In this document: positions 12,727-25,466 of the stretch, piece after piece | Position numbering within the stretch: position 1 is the first letter of the stretch | Layout: every line of letters starts with the position of its first letter | Source: Lingula anatina | Lineage: Eukaryota; Animalia; Brachiopoda | Length of the DNA stretch: 64,000 bases | Assembly: GCA_051362555.1 (NCBI GenBank) | Contig: CM120649.1 | Span: 682,001-746,000, forward strand | Direction: 5' to 3' | The notes under the pieces: model-generated | Databases searched by the model: none | Seen by the model: only the letters and a program-made list of their open reading frames with translations | What the model was told of the DNA's origin: nothing | Made by a program: the position numbers and the translations under genes

Positions 12727-15700
12727 TATGAAATCCATATGAAATGTTCACTGGACTTTACAGGGGTAAAATGAACAGAATAAGATGAATATAGTAAAAA
12801 AAAATACATAAAATAATATAGACAATTAAATGTATAAGGCAATAAAAAGATAAAAAGTGAGTCAAATCGGTTACAAAACCTTTGCATAAGTCCAAACGAA
12901 ACAACGCATACAGATAATATACCCCAGTGCGTGCGTTTAAATATTTTTTTGCATTAATTTGATAACTTTTATTACATACGAAAATCCCTGGTCCCGGTAA
13001 ACGTCTGTTAACAACACTAATGGCCCTCTTCGTTCCATCTGCAGCTACGCAGTGGGGGCGATCGCAGTCGGTCTTATTAAAGGGACAGTCGTAACACGCC
13101 TTGCTCAAAACGTAGTACCACTCTACGGTGAAGTCGTACTTGCAGGTCATTGGGGCGGCGCCATCTTGGCACGGTCGATTACATGGATGTGATGCGTCCT
13201 CCTGGTCGATTATACCTAAGAAAATATGTGGACAGTTTTCACTTAAAGATGCATACAAAGTCAATTTTTGCCACAAATACCAACCAAATGCCAGCATATG
13301 GTTTCAAATAGTATAACTAAGAGAATTACCAAAAGACATTGTTTCATATTACCCGAAAAATGATATTTGAATGGAATTTTCTGCTAGCTTTCTATGCTGC
13401 ATGCTTTGGCATGTCGACTTTATTTGAGGCGTATAAGAAACTACTAGAAGTGGTTCATATGTGTTACTGGGAAGCCACGCTCCACCGATGGTCGGTTCAT
13501 ACATATGTACCTTTAAAGCTTTCAATACCTCAGTTAAATGACATTATCACCTCTTTGTCGAAAATAAATATGTTAATAGGTTAATTAGCTGATTAAATAA
13601 ATGGGCGAATGAAAAGATACATTGATCTAGGCCTATCATTGAAATTGAAGAAATTTATGTGTTTTTGGGCATGCAACATATTGTGAGCGTCTTTCTACGT
13701 GATACCATCATATACATAGGTAATCAATTAAAAATATTAGATTTGAATAGGCCCCAATTGCTTTTGTTGATTCCATTAATTAATTAATCAATTAATCTAT
13801 TTTCAGAAAATCAATGTTGTCATAAATGTGCATGCTTTATTTAAAAATCTCGCCAGTCTTCCAAAGCATGCAGTTATCTTAAATGCGACAACAACGCTGC
13901 TTTGTCCTCACAGATCTGTAGATTTACCCAGCATGGCGGAGGTGATCAAAGAACCATTGAACAATACACGCCTTCTTTTTTACCTTTGATAAAAGTCAAG
14001 TGCTATCAATGAAGGGTGTTATTCTCATACACACATGGTCTATTAAAGATAAAAAACGTGGCAAAAGATTAAAAATCGAGGGCCAACAAATAGAGGGAGG
14101 AAAACAGCTCGCTGTCGATTTTTTTTTTAGCATAACCTCATGGATTTCTTTTTGCAGTCATATGGGGCAAATATATTACCCCCCCCCCCAGTCTACCCCC
14201 CCCCAGTCTACCCCCCCCCCCCCCTCCGAATTCTTTCCCGCGATGAATTCTTGCTCGACGACAGCGTATCTTTACTTTAAGAATTTCGAGTACCTTGTTT
14301 TATCAGCAATATCAACCCGCCTTAGGTGAATGACAGCGTGCGGCGGATCTACGGTCAAGGTTAAGTCACAGACAGTGATTTGTGTCTCGGGATGTCAGGG
14401 GCCACAGCATTTAAAATGCTCCATATAATTTTGATCTAACGGATAACTAGATTTAAAACAAGGGAAGTAAAATTTGAACTTGTAAGGTGTGAAATATAAT
14501 CTAAAGCTACTTATGCTCATTTCCAAAGTGTGGATATTTTCATTTTATACATTGAGACAAAGACCCTTAGATAATTGAAATGATAATAAAATGATTCCAA
14601 AATAGTATTTGCAAGTTATTGTGCAATACTGTGCTCCCTGACAGGGGTGTTTGTGTGCAACTGAACGGTTGTAGACTGGCTTACATAGACGAGTCTTAAA
14701 CCTCTACAGCACCGCAACCATAGGCATACTGCATAAACAGAATCAAGATAAAAACAAATGCAGAGTAGGAGAGAAAGATGATTTTACATATAACCATCTA
14801 TCCTTATTTCCATAGAGCCCTAGATGTAATATAATATTTGCATTATTCATGCCTAGAAAATTACCGAAGAGCTACATGTTGCTGCATTCCAGCAAACATG
14901 GACGTTATTACAAAGTTTTCATAAAGGATATATAACAAAAAAAATTATGGTAACGTTATAAAACTTCCTGTGGCACTGAACAGCCATCTCAACGAAAACA
15001 ATATCGTCACGTTTTCTTCAGCGATAAAAGATCCTTACACAATGTGTTTTGCTCTTTCGCCCTCCACCTGTTTAGCTGCGCTGATGGTCAATTTCGATGC
15101 AGAAACACAAGTGGTAGGCATGAGTATGCTTTCACGTAAGACTCGTGTTGCTAATGAGGTCAAGTTTCAAACTATAGTTTGTGAGTAGTTAATGACCTGT
15201 AGAAAGTTTTTGAACATCGAAAGTCAGCGTTCCTATGGCAGTCTAGGGCAGTTTTGTAAACAATTAGTCCCCCAGAGGTTTGGTCATTAATTCTTAATAA
15301 TGTCATTAAGAAATCTGCCACAGTAATGAGTAAATCGTAGCACTAAGGCAAATAGAAAATAGACTATTTGTCTTATGGCTTAGATTTAAGACTAAAAGAA
15401 AACGAAGTAAGCTGATTTTTGGAATATTTGTCAAATCCAGCGTTTAAGCCTGGGGTATAATATTCCCAGTAATATGAAATGTTCTTTGAAGAGTCCTCAT
15501 GCAACGTGCTACAAGAAGTTAATTAGACAAACGGGCTCTTAACCTTGCACACGTTTTCACTTACATTTCGGGGACAGTTCTTTACACAGCACCCACCCAT
15601 GCAGCAACAGCTTGTCTTTTGCCAAAAGATTCAGACAAAGTTTAACTGGGATCAACGTGCAAACTTACCAGCAAAGCAAGACGTCAATAATACGCAGAGT

Positions 15701-15735
15701 AACAGAATATGGTTCGACACGTCCATGGTTCCCAT
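7183..15735 (-). CDS. Laccase-like multicopper oxidase (~676 aa, 10 coding exons), signal peptide and GPI-type tail
   Basis: All four Cu motifs are present: HWHG (exon 3), WHAH (exon 4), HPIHLHG (exon 8), [12 protein letters not shown] (exon 10). Cys-rich N-terminus as in invertebrate laccases. Exons 15735-15669, 13215-12980, 11612-11446, 11083-10833, 10533-10397, 9975-9694, 9499-9215, 8931-8746, 8245-8098 and 7454-7183 are all GT-AG and phase-consistent. Confidence 0.93.
7348..7613. repeat. 133-bp tandem duplication of the laccase last-exon acceptor plus T1/T3 copper motif
   Basis: 7348-7480 and 7481-7613 are near-identical, each carrying TGCATTTAG|GT(A/G)TTTGGTTCATGCACTGCCAC...AAGAACTTT on the minus strand. 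Confidence 0.95.
11642..11818. mobile_element. MITE family A, copy 1 (laccase intron)
   Basis: Long terminal inverted repeats (CATTCAGAATAGGGGACTAAC...CCGAGGGTCAAATATGGC / reverse complement), no ORF. Homologous to 16284, 54896 and 57243. Confidence 0.8.
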
Positions 15736-16283
15736 CTCAGACAACGTCTCTGAAATGTAAGACGAGTGCGAGAGAGTTGCGAAGGACGCGTTTCATTATC
15801 TTTGCCGACTCCTACTGATAGTTTGGCTTATTTAGGCCACGTGGCTTTAAAATGAGTGCCACGGGTATGTTGCGTCAAGAATGTCGCAATCAGGACTTAT
15901 CTACAAATGCACATTTACCATGTAGTACAGTGCGTATACACATGAACGTAGGTATAGCAGCCCGGTTGAGATGGGTGGGGAAAAAAAGTTGGAGATATTT
16001 TTTCTCTCGTAATTCGCTCTGCAGTTATAAAAAATTGGGCGACTTATTATAATATGTAGATAATTGAAGGAATCGTTTTAGCGAAGTAATGGACTTTTAA
16101 ATTTTCCCAATTTCTTACAGAGTTATGGTAAGCGCCAGGAAAGGGTCAAATTTTAGTTAATCGAAAAAAATGTCTGTTTACCCCATTCATTTTGTACATG
16201 AGTATGAATTTTTACAGTGACTAGCTTTTACAAGACACTGTCATCATGTAGGGAATCAGGCTATAGCTGTTATACAGTATAAT

Positions 16284-16459
16284 AGACTCCATTCAGAAAA
16301 GGAGACTAACTAGTCCAATGGCTAAATATGGCCGACCCACTTGAATACTTCCCATCGGAAAATCTATTTAGTGTCTATTAGCGGATTAGACGGCGAGCTT
16401 TGTAGTGGGTCGCCATATTTGACACTCGGACTAGTTAGTTCTCTGTTCTGAATGGGGCA
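16284..16459. mobile_element. MITE family A, copy 2
   Basis: Colinear with 11642-11818, sharing AAATATGGCCGACCCACTTGAATACTTCCC and GCCATATTTGAC..TCGGACTAGTTAGT. Confidence 0.8.
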
Positions 16460-17794
16460 TAGAGCACACACAGAAGTGCGTTACTTCCGCAAAAATGGCA
16501 AGCCGTTGAGGGAGAGCGGTGACGTCGTTTTTGTTGAGGTTTGCGTAACCGCATCGTGCGCCATTTTTGATTTTGAGGGTCGACGCGGCGACATTGGTGT
16601 TAAACTGTAATATATTCTGTTTCTCTCATTTAGAATACACATAGTAACACCGGAAGCAGGATAAAGATGATTTTTAAAAGTGACTTAATCCCGCCACGCT
16701 CGGGCAAGCAGAAAAGCTACCCTTGGCTGAGGAATTTTGAAGTTGGTCTGCTCAGAGTATGTTCTGGGATTGGTTCATTATAAAAATACAACATTGTTGG
16801 GTCACATTGGTTGCAGTATCCATCTTTGTAATTATCTATAAGTAAAGGGTAAACGGCACGCTTGAATACATTCCGTCATTTGTGCGCGTAGCTCCTATCA
16901 ATATAGCCATACTGTTTACCAGAAAAAATCACTTCTGCTACTCGAACATAAAATCAAAATTGACTATATGGGCTAAAGAGCTTTGAACTTTATGATTTTT
17001 CTAATGAACCAAAGAGATTCGTGTCAATGACACCAAGCCCCTTTATGTGACATTTTGTTTTCATTCACGGCGTCTTCAAAGCCCAAGATGCTAGCTATAT
17101 GATGTTGGCATCGTTCTTTATTTTCAACATATCGATCCTCTAATTGTTTATAAAATAAAACAAAGATACAGTTCAAAAAGGTGATTGCCCAGGGTTAAAT
17201 AGATACAGTAAGAAGACTTTAAGTATCTAGAATGTCAAGAGAGAGGCTTAATGTTGCAATAGAGCATTCCCCGGTGTTTATGAAGCGAGCTCTTCTTTCT
17301 TTGAATGTTTTTCTTTGTGCCGATGTCAGCACCATTTCCGCTACGTCCGTCCTCCGAGATCCCTATAGTGCTCCAAACATTTCACCTCGTCTTGTTTAAA
17401 CATGAGCTGAAATCAAGATGGCTGTATAAAATATCAAGTCTTTAAAATATCCAAGCTAAGACAAACACAAGCGTAAAAGAAATGCCAATGTATTTAAAAA
17501 ACTAAAGTTGAAATTTTTATTTATTTATTGCTAATTAATATACACATGGACAGCATGTACCTTAGATGAACCTTTTCCTATCTATTTCTCAGAACGCACT
17601 TACATGTATTAACAATCGCGACCAAAGCGAACTAATGAACTGCCCTTTGCCATTGATTGATGAGTTCTGAATGTCAATTGGGCAATTTGTCCTGGGCATT
17701 AGGCAAATAAAGGTGAAACTGCATTAAGCCGTGGTAAGATCGATAGCTGTTGTCGTATCAATAACATAAGTGATTGTTGTCAGTCAGAACACGC

Positions 17795-17832
<38 letters not shown>

Positions 17833-18321
17833 TAAATAGGGATGTTTTCCTAAAATTGAGCTTGGAGAGAGAGAGAAAAAGAGAGAGAAAGAAAGATGAG
17901 CTGAAACGATCTTGCCATATTTTGTTTTCTTTACACTTAATTGTTAAAAAATGAAACCGGGCAAAATAGTAGCAAATAGTAGCATCTAATTAGCAAACTG
18001 CTCTACCATATAGAACTACATGGTTGTATTTTGTCAAGCTTTGCTCGTAACTTGATACCGACAAGTGCTGGAAGTTGATCAAGTACATGTCACTCAGATA
18101 CTCCCTTTTAAAATGGTTTAAACTGACACGGCGATTTGAAGTGAATGGCACATTATGGCACTTGAAGCCTACCTCACATACATATATTTTTACCAGAGGT
18201 CTGCCAGGTGATAATATCGTTTCTGGGCAAAACATCTGGCTGCGGTTCAGAGAAGTACGAATGGCCGTCGTAGAAAGTCTTTCAAAGATCGGTAAAAAAG
18301 ATAACATACTATTGTGATACT

Positions 18322-18670
18322 TTTGAAATGTGGGTACATAGAAAAATGTTCTAAACATCATGAACAGAAAGCAAAAGTTACGAGAAAGTACTAAATTATC
18401 TAAAAATAAAAAAAGATCATTATTGGACACCATCAAAAAAGAAAATTAAATTATTTTGGTCATATCAAGAGAAATAATAATTTGCAGCTGCTGTTATTAG
18501 AAGGAAATTAAATGGAAAACGAAGAAAAAGGAAGACCAACATCATGGATGGACAACATAAAAGAATGGACCAATCAAAAATATAACGAAAGCATACGAAT
18601 GGCACAAGACCGAGAGGCATGGCGATTCATGAGAGCCAACCTGTGGAGAGTGGATGGCACCCAATAATGA
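18322..18670 (+). mobile_element. 5'-truncated, decayed non-LTR retrotransposon 3' end (RTE clade-like)
   Basis: Translates with frameshifts as FEMWVHRKM...KRSLLDTIKKRKLNYFGHIKR...LLLEG...GKR...GRP..WMDNIKEWT...RMAQDREAWR...ANL...DGT, the characteristic RTE ORF C-terminus. Confidence 0.75.
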
Positions 18671-18884
18671 CCATTGCGACTGTATTACATGTATACTGTA
18701 ACTAATACAAGTTTACATTGCCAAAGTGCTCCAAATGTCTAGTCCGCTATAGAGATATAATTTAAAATTTAATCATGGAAGTTTATACATTAGCAATTGT
18801 CAATTGCCAATTCTAAAACACGTGTATTAACGATAAGTTTAATAATTGTCCATTCAAGGAGCCACAATTTGATCGACAGTGGTG

Positions 18885-19200
18885 GCCACGCCCCCTACCA
18901 CGGAAGAAGCGTATAAAACGCTGACATTGGGTGTGTTACTCGTCAGTCTAAAACAGTTGAGTGAGGTTTCACTAAGATACCCCCCATATAGACGCAGAGC
19001 TTCATTTGCGCTGATACATGACTCGTTCGTCCTGTTTTGAAAACCAGTACCCGGTATAGCAAAACATGTGGACCGTGCGACACGTGACGATGCATCAGTA
19101 TCATTGTTCCGGTTGGTAGAACCAAGTGAGCAGTTCTACGTTTGTTTGGCGGTGACTAGAAGAGGCAATAGACACTGTCAGCTGCCAAATTACTGAATAG
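18885..19200 (+). promoter_or_regulatory. Putative core promoter and non-coding first exon of GPCR-1
   Basis: KLF/Sp-type GCCACGCCCC at 18885, TATAAAA at 18912-18918, initiator TCAGTC at 18943-18948 (about 30 nt downstream) and strong donor AG|GTAAGT at 19200/19201. Matching acceptor TTTGTTTCAG| at 21382, ahead of the ATG. Confidence 0.55.
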
Positions 19201-21460
19201 GTAAGTAACTGGTGTTGTTTGTTAACGATGGAAAAGGTAAACTGATTTATTGACACATTAATTTACAAGTCATCAAACTTGCTGATTGAGTGTCACGGTT
19301 CTTAGCGCCGTGAAAGATGCTCGGGGGATTTGAGAACTATTAACCTGTTATTTTTTGACCCTGGAAGTATAAATGGGATGGAAATGTCACGACTCACCCG
19401 GAGCTACTGTACGATGTTTGTTAAATGGTGTTGCGAAAGTAGAAATACTACTACTACTACTACTACTTATAATAATAATAATAATACTGTCAACCGGTTC
19501 CAACGGCGTGACGTCCCTTACGTCGCATGCCGTGGCAGTTACGACACTTTGTTGTTATAATTTCTGTTCTTTTATTCAGAGTATCTGACTTAAACGTAAT
19601 TTACAGACAAAATGTTAGATGTTGGTTCCTCCTTTTGTTGCAGATTTTTTTTATGATGCCCCACCCTATGTATGTATTTTTGTAGTAACTGTTGCTCGAT
19701 ACACAATATTGCTAGACAAACATTCCCTTCCCAAAGGGCACTTGTTTGACAATCTACAATTGCAGTTTTCTCTTGCGCATTTGCTGACATATATTTAAGT
19801 ATTTTTTTATGACCATGACTACGCTGCACTGTAACTCACCCTTACTGTGGGTTTATTAAATATTCGGATGAGTCTGCTTCCCCGAGAGAAATGTTTGTCT
19901 AACAACTCCAAAAAGATATGACACTTTTTTGTTTTGTTTCTTTTTTGTTGAGAAGGTGGTTTAAACCAAACGTCGATTCCGTTATTCACGTGAATTTTTC
20001 GCCCATTCGAAGCTGTTCATTAGTAAATCTTCTGATAAGAGGCGTAGAAATCCATAACATCGAACAAAATGAACTTTTTTTTTTGGCATCCCTATTTATC
20101 GACACTATTTCTCCCGTCACGCGAAGAACGCAGACCGTAATAAACATCATAAAGCATTCTAGACGTACTGTATTAAAAGATGTCACTGTGTTGAAAGATC
20201 TCCATTGTTTTAAACTTCCATTTGTTCTGACTTGATTTATTCCTGTCACGCAAATTACGCAGACCGTGTATTTGTGAAAAAAAATATATATATCAAAATT
20301 TTGAATACTGACGGAGCTCTTAAAACTCATGTAATAATAAAATAACAGTAATGATAATAATCAAATTCTGATTTCTGATATGTGACGGTTAACTACATAT
20401 GGGCAGTTGGAAAGGACGAGAATTTGAGGGAAACCAGTCATTTGTCACTGCTCTTCTGTGCAATTGCGGGTCATTTAACATGTTTTCCATAAAAAATGTG
20501 CCATTTTATTAATATCTATTTAAGATATACATACCGCACAAAGACATTTGGGGTAAATCTAAAATGAGACGAATAACTGATTTTTACGATTTTCCCGATA
20601 AAAGATGGTTTGCTTTTTTAAAATGCAACTGAACATTTCTAACAGCGTAGTGTCTTGGAACCTTGATATCCTGACTTTATATAAAACATCCAATATTGCC
20701 ATGTTTACTTCACTGAAATTAAAATAATTTGAAATACATTACGCGTCACAGCGTTGTCACTCGACCTCTACACGCTAAGCGGCCCATTTGCTGTCTATGA
20801 CATAGCAAGGAATCGATCCCCCCTCCCCCACCCCCCACCACCACCACATTTTATTACCCTGTCACATAGATTTCCATGCTCCGGCATTACTCACTAGTTC
20901 GATTTTTAATGAAAATGTATTCCGCGCATTAAACTGTAATAGATACGCTGGAATTGCGTTTACACCACTCGACTTTCTCTCTAGAGATCCAAAACATGTT
21001 CAGATGATACGTCCCAATTGTTCGATGAAATCAACAGTAAAATCATGAATAGCATACATCAGGAGGCCCATGTCACATTTGAAGACAAATGCTATGCTTG
21101 CATTTGCTAGTGAAAGCCGAGTTTTAAGGTAATACAGTCAACTGATACGTCCTGAATATATACGATTTCAGCTCTCCCTTCACACACGGTCATATGGTAC
21201 ACATACGTGTGGTCACTGAAAGGCTTTAAGCAAAACTACAGTAAGTGGCCGAATGGTTAAGCATCTTTTTTTACTCTGATTATTTTGTAAAAATTGACAA
21301 ACTGTGTGCGTGGTTAGACATAATTTTCCCACGCACTGCGACCATTATCAAAAGTAAACCGTTTCCATTTTATTTGTTTCAGAGGCGATTTTTTTCACTG
21401 AGGACGGGTCACGTTCGCTATAGCATCAACGTAGATTCAGCATTCCAAATATATACAAGA

Positions 21461-24188
21461 ATGGCATCAACTACCCATAGTGGAGACCAGAACATCTCTT
21501 CATTTACAACTACTCAGTCAACAATACTGTCTGATTTCACAACGCATGCAGCAAACGCGTTCACAGAAAACTTGACAGACCATTTCTCTGCGTCTTTGAG
21601 AAATCACACTAGAAATTATGACGTCACACACGGGCATCCCTACGTCAACAGCACATCTAACGACTTTATGACGTCATACCCAATGAACATGACGTCACAG
21701 CCCACGTATGAGTCAAGCCCACTACTTCTCTATAATTTTATCGTTGGCGTCTTCATAGTGGGTATCATAAGTCTTGTTGGCGTCGTGGGGAACATTCTTT
21801 CCGTGATCGTGTTCTCCGTGGATAAAGATCGGTCTTCGTCCTTTGAGCTTCTCCGGGCTCTAGCCTGCGTGGACGGAAGCCTGTGCGCTTTACAGTTCGT
21901 ACATTACATCATTCCAAACATCTATCCTTATACAGGTAAGGGATTGCAATCTCAGTTTACAACACACACACTGTCACACCCATTTTAAAGGTTTGCAAAT
22001 CCATGTTTGAATACTGTGTCTTCAAAATAATAGTAGGGTCTATGAATACATCATTTTCCATTGTTAAGCGCTACAAAAAAGGGAAAAATATCTTTGTTCC
22101 GTATACAAACAATCTGTAAGGAGAAAAAAATGGGGATGCACTCTGCCCACCCACACGCTGTCTTAATGTTATGGGTGAAGAAAGGGGGAAGCGAAATATT
22201 AAATGTCCTTTTTAATGTCGCCATTCATTTTATTTGGAGATTGTGCAGTGCATTTTCTTATCGCCAAGCAACATGTAGATTCATTGTGGTTGACAGTGTA
22301 TGAAGACAGTTCATTCAGTAATGGTGTTTGTGTGTATCACAGCACAGGCCGTTGACGCAAACTTGTAGTAATGAACTGGAGAGCAATTTCCAATCAAGAT
22401 GTGCCATTTGAAGAATTGCAATTGCAATGGCTCCAAGTGTCATAAGTCCACCAGAGAACGTGTTTGTGCCTGCATGACATTTGATCTTAACACCGTACCA
22501 GCTAGAAACTGGCACTAAGCCATTGTCCGGGCAAGTTCTTGATTTATCTTGGCTATTAATGTGTGTGTATGTAAAGGACAATAAGGCTAAATATTAGCAC
22601 GGAAATGTAATTGATAAATTGGGGTTTTATATATTTGATCGCCTTTTCGAGACTTGTTCCCATTATATGCTCAATTTTTTAAAATTGAAATTCATATGCG
22701 TGCAGCAATTGGTAATTGAAGAAATACCTTATCAAAATATATTATCTACACCATTTTGTAAATTCAGTACCATATTTTTGCCTTTTGAGCTTTCCCGAAG
22801 GATCTCGAATTTCGCTCTATTTATCACAACTGATAAATGTCATCATATAATACTCACAAATCTCAGACTAATTTTATTTTGATCACAGTCTTTCCTATTA
22901 TCATTTTGGGCGTAAATACGAACAATACGTAAACACTGATATGTAGAATTATGATCACGATGTATATTGAGTGTCTTACTGATGAGCTTTCAACTTTGCA
23001 GTGTTCGGTATTTACATATTTTTTATAAAAAAATAAAAAATTCAAGAAAAAAGAAATAGTCAAATAGTTATTTCCAGTAAATGGCTGATATATCACAATA
23101 TATGTTGGCTTTACGTTTCCAGGTTATGAGTAACTCCTGTTGAGGTTTTAACTATGCGGTATAGAAGAAATAATGAAAGAGTTATTTCTGTTGGCTAATA
23201 TTTCGTTATATATCTTGGCTTTACGTTTCCAGGCTACCTGAAATGGTACATGGACATGAACCCGACCATCATGCGGTACTCCTGGCCTACAGGGTACATA
23301 TTCATGACTGCCTCAAACTGGCTCATCTTGGCTGTGGCTGTTGACCGCTATAACGCCGTCTGCCGGCCATTTCTCGCCAAAGAGCTCTGCACGGTTCGCC
23401 GTGCGAGAATAACCATTGCTATAATAATAGTTATGTCCGTTATTTTCACCATTCCAAAATATTTTGGGGCGAAAATGATAGGACAAGTGCCCTGTTTGGA
23501 TAACCAAAATGCATACTGTTTTTACAATATTCTCATCGACAACGTTTGGTACCGTTTGGGGTACAGAGTTGTCCTTCATCTACTATTTCTGTACGTTGTT
23601 CCCGTGATTATCCTGGTGTTTGTGAACGTAAACCTGTTACGAGCCCTAAAGAAGGCCAAGAAGAGGCGTCAAACGATGACCAGACAGGACACTGCAAACC
23701 GCAGCTTGACCCGCTCCCTTGTTGTCGTCATTGGCGTTTACCTGGCGTTTGCGACCCCGACGCTCTTGTCTCAAATTCTTCTCGCGTTCCGTCAGTTCTT
23801 CGACCCCCGTGTACTGCGTTACTATCAGTACTACTTCACAATGAACGTCGCGCTTTTGGTTTTCAACTCGGCTGCCAATTTTTTCATCTACTGCCTCATA
23901 GGAACTCGGTTTCGGACTATCTTGTTCAGAGTCCTGTGCTGTTCTTGCAATAAGTTCTCTAAGGTATGCCATCACTGTACTGCCTCGACGTCCTCGGCGA
24001 AAGGTTCCTCAGGAAATGCTTTTTTGGAGGAGGGGACGAATACTAAATCGTCTTCCTCCGATGGAATAGACAATCCGATTTGTGCTGTGAGCGCGAAAGT
24101 TGACGGAAACGACCGATGTGACTCCGAAGGGACCGGAAGTGTTGACAGATGGGTTCCGGTTAGTGTCGCAACAGATCCCGGTGTTTAA
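21461..24188 (+). CDS. Class A (rhodopsin-like) peptide GPCR, FMRFamide/myosuppressin/sex-peptide-receptor-like (~476 aa)
   Basis: Exons 21461-21935 and 23233-24188 joined by a phase-1 GT-AG intron. Glycosylated Ser/Thr N-terminus, TM1 GN, TM2 LA..D, TM3 DRY.AVC.P, TM7 NSAANFFIY, then a Cys cluster after helix 8. Confidence 0.9.
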
Positions 24189-24325
24189 ATGTTTGAAAGA
24201 AGTGAAAAACGAAAAAGAATATTTCATTTGTGTAAATGACTCTATTTAACTTGTGTGTTTTTCCCCACTGAAAAACTACATGTAATGCAGTTATGTCATT
24301 GTGTTTACCTAAGTACGCTTTGTAC

Positions 24326-24518
24326 CCGGTGTGACAGGAATGGACTCCCTAGGAATGGAAGTCTGGGCTCCCATATAATAAGTACAGGTTAGGGTTAGTT
24401 GGAGTATTGGGGTCAGTATATGGGAAGAATGTCACCTGTACAAAATAATGGGAAGGGGACTACCGGTACGGTTCCTAACGGATTGCCATTCCTGAGACTA
24501 CAATTCCTGTCACACCGG
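24326..24518. mobile_element. MITE family B, copy 1 (contains GGTTAGGGTTAG)
   Basis: TIR CCGGTGTGACAGGAAT / ATTCCTGTCACACCGG. An inverted homologue lies at 34188-34364. Confidence 0.75.
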
Positions 24519-24837
24519 ATCACGGATCATCACAAAGATTTAATCCCTTTAAAATCATCTCATTTCTGGCCTGTCCGAAAGATAACTGTCGAAATCTTTT
24601 TATCTATCGATTTTTTAGTAAGGCTGGTGACAAACAAACAGACAGACAGTCACATAAAGACAAATGGCGGTGAGAACTTCTTGCTAAAGGTAATAAACAC
24701 AAGGATTATTATTTATTTGATGTATATTAAAATGACAAGTTTAATGGACTCTTCTGGCTCTTTTCCTATCACAAAACATATCCATTGTGTAACATGAAGA
24801 TAAGCCAGAGAGCCTGCAAATGTACCTTTGTGTCATT

Positions 24838-25386
24838 TGTGACGTTATTAAGTGCGGGACTGATTTTGAGTGCGGGATGTTGGTGAACGCAAAACGTGCG
24901 TGTGAACAGTCTAGACCTTGACAGTGAAAAACTGTATTTGAGATGCTGGAGAACGCAGCATGTGCGTGTGAACAGTTTGGACTTTGACAGTGAAAAACTG
25001 TATTTAAGACACTGGAGACCGCAACACGACCTGGACTATTTGAAGCCTAACTTAACTTACTATGAAAGGCAGCAGCACAGAATCTTAGCCTCAAGCGGAA
25101 AACGGCGCTTCGACAAATGGCAAGTCTACAGATAAGGACATGGAAAACGGTGCCTCGACAAATGGCAGTTCAACAGAAAAGGACATGGAAAACGGTGACA
25201 TTGCGTCTGCAAAACTAAACTGTCTACGAATTTGTCAAGATTTAACTGTAGTCTACAAATGTTAAAGTTCATGTAACATAATAGAATTAGTTAGTGTATG
25301 TTAGTGGTTTGTAATATATTATTTTCATAGTTGATACACTGTTGTTTGTGTGTTTTTTTATGTGCGGGCCGTGTTGGACCGTAACA
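24838..25386 (+). repeat. 5' LTR
   Basis: TGTGACG...CGTAACA; line-by-line identical to 30118-30666. Contains 2x66-bp (24896-25027) and about 2.3x45-bp (25097-25197) tandem units. Confidence 0.97.
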
Positions 25387-25391
25387 TAAAT

Positions 25392-25408
25392 TGGGGGCTC
25401 GTCCGGGA
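25392..25408 (+). promoter_or_regulatory. Primer-binding site complementary to tRNA-Pro 3' end
   Basis: TGGGGGCTCGTCCGGGA, 5 nt downstream of the 5' LTR; matches the classic tRNA-Pro PBS. Confidence 0.9.
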
Positions 25409-25466
25409 GAGATCAAGAACAAAATTAGACTGTGCATATGTTTAGTGAGTTACAAAATAGCAAAAT

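Noticed and set aside
20112-20267. 27-bp imperfect direct repeat pair (TCC.GTCACGC.AA..ACGCAGACCGT)
   Set aside because: Only two copies in an intron with no associated structure; likely a local duplication.
21245-21261. tRNA/SINE A-box-like GTGGCCGAATGGTTAAG
   Set aside because: No B-box or cloverleaf follows.
24530-24697. Segment with ACAAACAAACAGACAGAC...GGTAATAA resembling Helentron/HINE-like repeats
   Set aside because: Single degraded copy; boundaries and class cannot be supported from this window.
24896-25197. Repeat units in the LTR (and the 16-bp units at 44660-44815) as a CRISPR-like array
   Set aside because: They are head-to-tail tandem repeats with no unique spacers, inside eukaryotic transposons, with no cas genes.
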